Of a DNA stretch of 20,264 bases, positions 14,880 to 20,264 are shown piece after piece. Positions within the stretch are counted from its first letter, which is position 1; every line of letters begins with the position of its first letter. This DNA comes from a bacterium (GTDB lineage: Bacteria > Sysuimicrobiota > Sysuimicrobiia > Sysuimicrobiales > Humicultoraceae). Below the pieces are notes generated by a model. It was given only the letters and a program-made list of their open reading frames with translations, made no database searches and was not told the origin of the DNA. The position numbers were made by a program, and so were the translations under genes. The stretch lies in assembly GCA_041497675.1 (NCBI GenBank), contig JBGQGY010000065.1:1-20264 (forward strand). Reading direction: 5' to 3'.

Positions 14880-15527
14880 ATGGCGCACGTCGTCTCCGTG
14901 AATGTTGGTGTTCCCAGAACGATCACGTGGATGGGCCGTACCGCGCCTACCGCCATTTGGAAATCGCCCGTGACTGAGCGGATCTCCGTGCAGGGAGCCA
15001 ACGTCCTTGGAGACGACCAGGCCGACCGACGCGCGCACGGCGGCCCGGACAAAGCCGTCTACGCCTATACGCGCGAAGATCAGGAGTGGTGGCACGCGAC
15101 GCTTGGCCGGCCGGTCGAGCCCGGAGCCTTTGGTGAGAACCTCACGCTGGCCGGCGTGGATGTGACGGGCGCGGTGATTGGCGAGCGCTGGGAGATCGGC
15201 ACCGTGCGCTTCGAGGTCGCCCAACCACGGATCCCCTGCTGGAAACTTGGGGCGCGGATGAACGACCCCGAATTTCCCCGCCGTTTCTCGCTCGCCGGCC
15301 GGCCCGGCGCCTACCTGCGGATCATCGGCGAGGGCGAGCTGGGCGCGGACGACGAGGTCCGCGTCATCCACCGGCCCGACCACGGCGTCACCACCGGCGC
15401 CGTCGCCCGTATCTATCTGCGAGAGGGCGAAGACGCCGAGCATCTGCTTCGGGCGCCGCAACTGCCGTCGAAGTGGCATGACTGGGCGCGACAGAGGGAG
15501 CCCGCGCGGGTGCCCCGAAGCGGATAG
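14880..15527 (+). CDS. MOSC domain protein (YiiM-like)
   Basis: GDDQADRRAHGGPDKAVYAY, GAFGENLT, QPRIPCWKL, GAYLRIIGEG. Confidence 0.92.
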   Translation: MAHVVSVNVGVPRTITWMGRTAPTAIWKSPVTERISVQGANVLGDDQADRRAHGGPDKAVYAYTREDQEWWHATLGRPVEPGAFGENLTLAGVDVTGAVIGERWEIGTVRFEVAQPRIPCWKLGARMNDPEFPRRFSLAGRPGAYLRIIGEGELGADDEVRVIHRPDHGVTTGAVARIYLREGEDAEHLLRAPQLPSKWHDWARQREPARVPRSG

Positions 15528-15565
15528 CGGCACCACTCTCATCACATCACGGCGCGAGGTGCACC

Positions 15566-16384
15566 GTGCTGCTCAAGGGCAAACGCGCCCTCATCATGGG
15601 GGTCGCGAACAAGCGAAGCATCGCCTGGGGGATCGCGCAGGGCTTCCACCGCGAGGGCGCCACCTTGGCCTTCACCTACCAGAGCGACCGGCTCAAGGAG
15701 AACCTGGTCGAACTGCTGGGCGAGTTCGGCGGCGCCGGCGCCTTCCCCATGTTTCCGTGCGACGTCACGTCGGACGAGCAGATCGCCGCCGTCTTTGCCG
15801 GTCTCCAGGACCGCTGGGGCGCGCTGGATGTCCTGGTCCACTGTCTGGCCTTCGCCGATCGCGAGGACCTGTCACGGCCGTTCTCCAGCATCTCGCGCAA
15901 GGGGTATGCGCTGGCCCTGGACATCAGCGCCTATTCGCTGGTGGCCTGCGCGGGCGCCGCGCGGCCGCTGATGCAGGCCGCGGGCGGCGGCAGTGTGATG
16001 ACGCTCACCTACAACGCGGTTGACCGGGTCGTGCCCTCATACAATGTCATGGCCGTCGCGAAAGCGGCTCTGGAAACCGAGGTACGGTATTTGGCGTCGG
16101 ACTTGGGGCCGTTGAACATCCGTGTGAATGCCATCTCCGCGGGCCCGCTGCGCACGCTTGCGGCGAGCGCGGTGAAGGGCCTGTCCGGCTTCCGGAATGC
16201 GGTCGAAGAGGTCGCTCCGCTGCGACGCAACATCACGCAGGACGAAGTCGGCGACGTGGCGGTGTTTCTGGCCAGCGACCTGGCGCGCGCGGTGACGGGC
16301 AACACGCTCTTCGTGGACAGTGGCTTCCACGTCATGAGCGTCGCGGGCCAGCTCGAGGTTGCGGGGAAGAAAGCGGAAGCTTAG
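15566..16384 (+). CDS. fabI: Enoyl-ACP reductase FabI
   Basis: GVANKRSIAWGIA, DISAYSL, YNVMAVAKAALE, RVNAISAGPLRTLAAS. Confidence 0.95.
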   Translation: MLLKGKRALIMGVANKRSIAWGIAQGFHREGATLAFTYQSDRLKENLVELLGEFGGAGAFPMFPCDVTSDEQIAAVFAGLQDRWGALDVLVHCLAFADREDLSRPFSSISRKGYALALDISAYSLVACAGAARPLMQAAGGGSVMTLTYNAVDRVVPSYNVMAVAKAALETEVRYLASDLGPLNIRVNAISAGPLRTLAASAVKGLSGFRNAVEEVAPLRRNITQDEVGDVAVFLASDLARAVTGNTLFVDSGFHVMSVAGQLEVAGKKAEA

Positions 16385-17340
16385 AAGGTCCAGCCGCGCC
16401 AAACCGAGAGCACGGCGACAATGTTGTTGATGCCGTGGGCCACCATCGCCGGCACCAGGCTCCCGGTGCGCTCGTAGGCCAGCGCGAGCAGCAGCCCCAG
16501 CGCAAAGATCGGCAACGCGTGCACGACCTGCGTGTGTACTGCGGCGAAGAACGCGGCGCTGCTCAGGGCGCCGATCGCCACGCCCCACCGCGAACGCAGC
16601 CCACCGTAGACGAGACCCCGAAAGAAGACTTCCTCACCGATCGGCACGACGACCGCCAGGAGAAACAAGATCAGGGGCGCAAGCGACAGGCCCGCCGCCG
16701 ACTGGAGCAAGGGCCGCAACGGATCCTGGAGGTGCTCGTAGGCGGCGAGGGCCCGCGCCGTTTCGTGTCCCTTGAACAGACCGATGAGCAACACGGCCAG
16801 CTTCTCGCTGACGAGCGACAGCGGCACGACGGCAGCCGCCACGACAACACCGATGCTCAGGTGGCGCAGCAGGCGGTCAAACCGAAGCCCCAGGCGCCCC
16901 ACGTCGAGCCGGTAGCGCATGATGACCACGTAGACCGACAGCCCCACGAACGCGACGTTCTGGGCGATCGTGACGATCGAAAACGGGACGATGGTCAGCG
17001 GCTTGGACGGCTCGCTGAACGCCTCATACCCGACGAGATTCAGCGAGACCGCGAGAAACAGATAGAGCGGGATGAGCAACAGCGCGACCCCAACCATCTC
17101 GCCGGGACCCCACACGCCTGTGCGGCTCACCGGCCGAAACACCAGCAGATACAGCGGCAGCGCCACGGTTGCGGCGAGCGCCACAATGGTGAGCAGGGCC
17201 TGTTCGGTTGAGGGCAAGAGGTAGACGGCTGCGGGACCGGTCACGGTGTCAGGGGTGTTCGGTAATTCGCAACGGGCTTCCTCCGGTGGCAGGGGAGCCT
17301 TGTGCGGCACGCCGAAGTAATCTCGGCCGAGGTGTTCCAT
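16381..17340 (-). CDS. CPBP (CAAX protease/Abi) family intramembrane metalloprotease; true start probably downstream (about 17217-17244)
   Basis: EEVFFRG, FAAVH and HGINN motifs; multiple TM helices. Confidence 0.88.
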   Translation of the reverse strand: MEHLGRDYFGVPHKAPLPPEEARCELPNTPDTVTGPAAVYLLPSTEQALLTIVALAATVALPLYLLVFRPVSRTGVWGPGEMVGVALLLIPLYLFLAVSLNLVGYEAFSEPSKPLTIVPFSIVTIAQNVAFVGLSVYVVIMRYRLDVGRLGLRFDRLLRHLSIGVVVAAAVVPLSLVSEKLAVLLIGLFKGHETARALAAYEHLQDPLRPLLQSAAGLSLAPLILFLLAVVVPIGEEVFFRGLVYGGLRSRWGVAIGALSSAAFFAAVHTQVVHALPIFALGLLLALAYERTGSLVPAMVAHGINNIVAVLSVWRGWTF

Positions 17341-17341
17341 C

Positions 17342-19036
17342 GTGGTGCATATCTCCGTCTACCGTCGCTGGCGACCGAAAACCTTCGAAGAAATCATCGG
17401 GCAGGAACGCATTACGCACACCCTGCAGAACGCGCTCCGGACCGGCCGGACGACCCACGCGTACCTGTTCGCCGGTCATCGCGGCACGGGTAAAACCACG
17501 ACTGCGCGGATCTTCGCCAAAGCGCTGAACTGCGCGCAGGGGCCGACGCCGACCCCAGACAACACCTGCCCATCCTGCGAAGCCATCGCGCGCGGGACGA
17601 GCATGGACGTCATCGAGATCGACGGCGCCAGCAACACCAGCGTCGACGACATCCGTGATCTCAAAGAAAAGATCGTCCTGGGGCCGACGCACAGCCGCTG
17701 CAAAGTCTACATTATCGATGAAGTCCACATGCTCTCGACCAGCGCCTTCAATGCGCTGCTGAAGACGCTGGAGGAACCGCCGCAGCACGCGGTGTTCATC
17801 CTGGTCACGACCGAACCGCACAAGATTCCGTCGACCGTCCTCTCGCGCTGCCAGCGATTCGACTTCCGGCGTGTCTCCTTCGCGGAGATCGTGGCGCGGG
17901 TGCGAATGATCGCGCAGCAGGAAGGTATCACCATCGATGAGGCAGCCCTGGCGCAGATCGTCCGAAGCGCCGATGGGTCGGTGCGCGACGCCGAGTCGGT
18001 GCTCGACCAGTTGAGCGCCTACACCGACGGAACGATCGACCTAGCCCTCGTGACGGGTGTCTTGGGTCTCGTCGATGAGGAGACTGCCTCCACGCTCGCC
18101 GACGCGACGCTGGCGCGCGACGTCGGCGCCACCCTGCGCCTAGCGCAAGAAGCGACCAACGCCGGAAAGGACGCGCGTCAGGTGCTGCGGACGCTGCTCG
18201 AATACTTCCGCGACCTGCTGCTCGTGAAGACCTGCGGTCCGGCCGCGTCCGGCATCCTCGATGCCCCCAAGGAACGGTTTGCGCAGTTGCAGACCCAAAC
18301 CGAACGCACGAGCGTGGCCGACCTGCTCCGTGCGGTCCGCGTCCTCAACGATGCCTTCGCCGACGCGCGCTGGAGCACGCAGCCGCGGCTGGCACTCGAA
18401 GTGGCGTTGATCCGTATGGCCCGCCCGGAGATGGACCCGTCGGTCGAAGGGTTGCTGACCCGGGTCGAGCGTCTCGAAGCGGCACAGACCCGCGAGCCGC
18501 GGGCCGCGGATGCGCGCGGCGGGGACATGTCGCCCGCGCCCGCAGAATCACCCGTGCCCGAGCGTGCCACGCCGGCGCCGCCACCAGCGCCATTGCCGCC
18601 GCGCACGCCGCCACGCAAACCAACACCACGTGCGGACGCCGCGGAACCCCGCCCGGTTTCGGATCTCGTGACCATCGACGAAGTCCGCCGCCAATGGGCG
18701 CGAGTGCTCGAAGAAGTGAAACGAACCAAAATGATCTGTCATGCGCTGCTGATCGAAGGGACGCCGATGGAAGTCGACGGCAGCACGCTGGTCGTCGGCC
18801 TGCGCTCCGCGTACAATTTCCACGTCGACAACCTCCACCGCCCGGAGAACCGCGACGTGGTCGAGGGCGCGCTGACGCGCGTGCTGGGCCGGTCGCTTCG
18901 ATTCCAATGCCGCCTGATCGAGGGCGCCGTGCCCGCGCCGGCCGCCGCCGCCGCGACCGCTCCTGCCACGTCGCTCGTCGCGCGGGCCCGGGAATTGTTC
19001 GGGGCCGAGATCGTTGAGGAGAAGGCCGCCGAATAG
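17342..19036 (+). CDS. dnaX: DNA polymerase III subunit gamma/tau
   Basis: YRRWRPKTF, GHRGTGKTT, EIDGAS, IIDEVHML, SRCQRF; Pro/Ala linker; SD GAGGTG. Confidence 0.97.
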   Translation: MVHISVYRRWRPKTFEEIIGQERITHTLQNALRTGRTTHAYLFAGHRGTGKTTTARIFAKALNCAQGPTPTPDNTCPSCEAIARGTSMDVIEIDGASNTSVDDIRDLKEKIVLGPTHSRCKVYIIDEVHMLSTSAFNALLKTLEEPPQHAVFILVTTEPHKIPSTVLSRCQRFDFRRVSFAEIVARVRMIAQQEGITIDEAALAQIVRSADGSVRDAESVLDQLSAYTDGTIDLALVTGVLGLVDEETASTLADATLARDVGATLRLAQEATNAGKDARQVLRTLLEYFRDLLLVKTCGPAASGILDAPKERFAQLQTQTERTSVADLLRAVRVLNDAFADARWSTQPRLALEVALIRMARPEMDPSVEGLLTRVERLEAAQTREPRAADARGGDMSPAPAESPVPERATPAPPPAPLPPRTPPRKPTPRADAAEPRPVSDLVTIDEVRRQWARVLEEVKRTKMICHALLIEGTPMEVDGSTLVVGLRSAYNFHVDNLHRPENRDVVEGALTRVLGRSLRFQCRLIEGAVPAPAAAAATAPATSLVARARELFGAEIVEEKAAE

Positions 19037-19057
19037 CGGACGCAGGAGCGTGACGAA

Positions 19058-19381
19058 GTGGGTCTGGGCAACATGGGCAAGATGATGAAACAGGTTCAGA
19101 AACTGCAGGCCGACATGGCGCGGGTTCAGGAAGAACTCGCTGCCGCCCGCGTGGAGGCCACGGCAGGGGGCGGTGTCGTGCGCGCGGTCGCCAACGGGCA
19201 CGGCGAGTTGGCCGAGTTGCACATCGATCCAGCCGCGGTCGATCCGTCGGATGTCGGTATGCTGCAGGACCTCGTGCTGGCCGCCGTGAACGAGGCGCAA
19301 CGCACCGCCCGCTCCATGGCCGAAGACCGCATGAAAGCCATTACCGGCGGCCTGAACATCCCGGGGCTCCCGGGCCTGTGA
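19058..19381 (+). CDS. ybaB: YbaB/EbfC nucleoid-associated protein
   Basis: MMKQVQKLQ, AGGGVV, LQDLVLAAVNEA; conserved dnaX-ybaB-recR synteny. Confidence 0.95.
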   Translation: MGLGNMGKMMKQVQKLQADMARVQEELAAARVEATAGGGVVRAVANGHGELAELHIDPAAVDPSDVGMLQDLVLAAVNEAQRTARSMAEDRMKAITGGLNIPGLPGL

Positions 19382-19397
19382 GCCCCCGCCGCCCTCA

Positions 19398-19994
19398 ATG
19401 GACTATCCCGAACCGGTCGCCCGTCTGATCGACGAACTCTCGAAGATGCCGACCGTTGGGCCGAAGACGGCGCAGCGGCTTGCGTTCCACATCCTCCGGC
19501 TCTCCCCTGAAGAGGCCCGCGCGCTGGCCGAGGCTATCCTGAACGTGAAAGAAAAGATGCGCTATTGCTCGGTTTGTTTCACGATCACCGACATCGATCC
19601 GTGCGCGACCTGTTCGAACCCGGCACGAAGCGACCGCGTCATCTGCGTCGTCGAAGACCCGCGTGACGTTATCGCGCTCGAGCGGACCCGCGAATTTCAC
19701 GGCAAGTACCATGTCCTCCACGGCGCCATCTCGCCGCTCGACGGCATCGGTCCCGACGAACTGAAGATCGCCGAGCTCGTCGCCCGGGTGCGCGCCGACG
19801 GCACGGAGGAAGTGATCGTGGCGACGAATCCCCGCGTCGAGGGGGAGGCGACCGCGATCTATCTGGCGCGCGTGCTCAAACCGCTGGGCGCGAGGGTCAC
19901 GCGGATCGCGCACGGGCTGCCGGTCGGCGGCGATCTGGAATACGCGGATGAGCTCACACTGGCCCGGGCGCTGGAAGGCCGGCGCGACCTCTAG
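19398..19994 (+). CDS. recR: Recombination mediator RecR
   Basis: PTVGPKTAQRLAF, CxxC...CxxC zinc finger, TOPRIM EGEATAIY, GGDLEYAD. Confidence 0.97.
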   Translation: MDYPEPVARLIDELSKMPTVGPKTAQRLAFHILRLSPEEARALAEAILNVKEKMRYCSVCFTITDIDPCATCSNPARSDRVICVVEDPRDVIALERTREFHGKYHVLHGAISPLDGIGPDELKIAELVARVRADGTEEVIVATNPRVEGEATAIYLARVLKPLGARVTRIAHGLPVGGDLEYADELTLARALEGRRDL

Positions 19995-19999
19995 CGGCG

Positions 20000-20264
20000 C
20001 TACCCCTTAAGTGAACCCGCCAGCAATCCCCGGAGGAAGTACCGGCCCAGAAAAATGTAGACGAGCAGCGTCGGCAGGGCGGCCAGCAGCGCGCCCGCCA
20101 TCTGCACGTTCCATTCCACGATTTGGCTGCCCGCCAGGTTTTGCAGCGCCACCTGCACCGGCTGCTGCGCCGGGTTGCTCGTGATCGTCACCGCGAACAG
20201 AAACTCGTTCCAGATCTGCGTGACCTGCCAGATCATCACGACCACGAAAGCAGGCACCGACAAG
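20000..20264 (-). CDS. 3' part of a carbohydrate ABC transporter permease (MalG-like), truncated by the window end
   Basis: WNEFLFAV...[33 protein letters not shown]. Confidence 0.9.
   Translation of the reverse strand, partial: LSVPAFVVVMIWQVTQIWNEFLFAVTITSNPAQQPVQVALQNLAGSQIVEWNVQMAGALLAALPTLLVYIFLGRYFLRGLLAGSLKG

Noticed and set aside
17230..17341. SRP RNA (ffs) upstream of dnaX, and ATG 17340 as the CPBP start
   Set aside because: No CAGG...GGAA...AGCAG SRP core is present. Divergent starts 1 nt apart leave no room for promoters or an SD, so the CPBP start is probably further downstream.
18480..18660. Programmed frameshift or repeat element in dnaX
   Set aside because: No A-AAA-AAG or long poly-A slippery site was seen; the Pro/Ala-rich stretch is the usual tau linker.

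Overview
GC-rich bacterial window; the taxon cannot be determined from the sequence alone. It has three parts. (1) 1-1071: the 3' end of a TPR-LuxR regulator, a [3Fe-4S]-type ferredoxin and tRNA-Lys(TTT). (2) About 1180-9280: an accessory module. A Crp-family regulator is translationally coupled to a membrane-anchored class III nucleotide cyclase with a BsuPI-like external domain, followed by a secreted catalytically dead trypsin-PEGA-TPR protein. Around these lie envelope genes: a CsgG/HfaB-like protein, an LPP20-associated-like domain, a TM2 protein, and two peptidoglycan hydrolases (M23 and CHAP) sharing a 79%-identical Ig-like domain. The outer transcription units carry CRP-type boxes (TGTGAGGTnnnTCACG twice, plus phased weaker boxes), and three boxes sit at exact class II (-41.5) spacing from a TAnnnT -10 element. 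This suggests a self-contained cNMP-Crp envelope-remodelling regulon, which is the best candidate for an undescribed system. Both module edges carry deletion-damaged genes. (3) About 9425-20264: mostly ordinary genes: AI-2E transporter, small Sm-like protein plus sulfurtransferase (possible Cys leader peptide), MetE-like protein, c-di-GMP-I riboswitch plus REC-HD-GYP, DUF305, MOSC, fabI, CPBP protease, dnaX-ybaB-recR and a partial sugar ABC permease. All family calls come from motif recognition by eye; no database searches were run.
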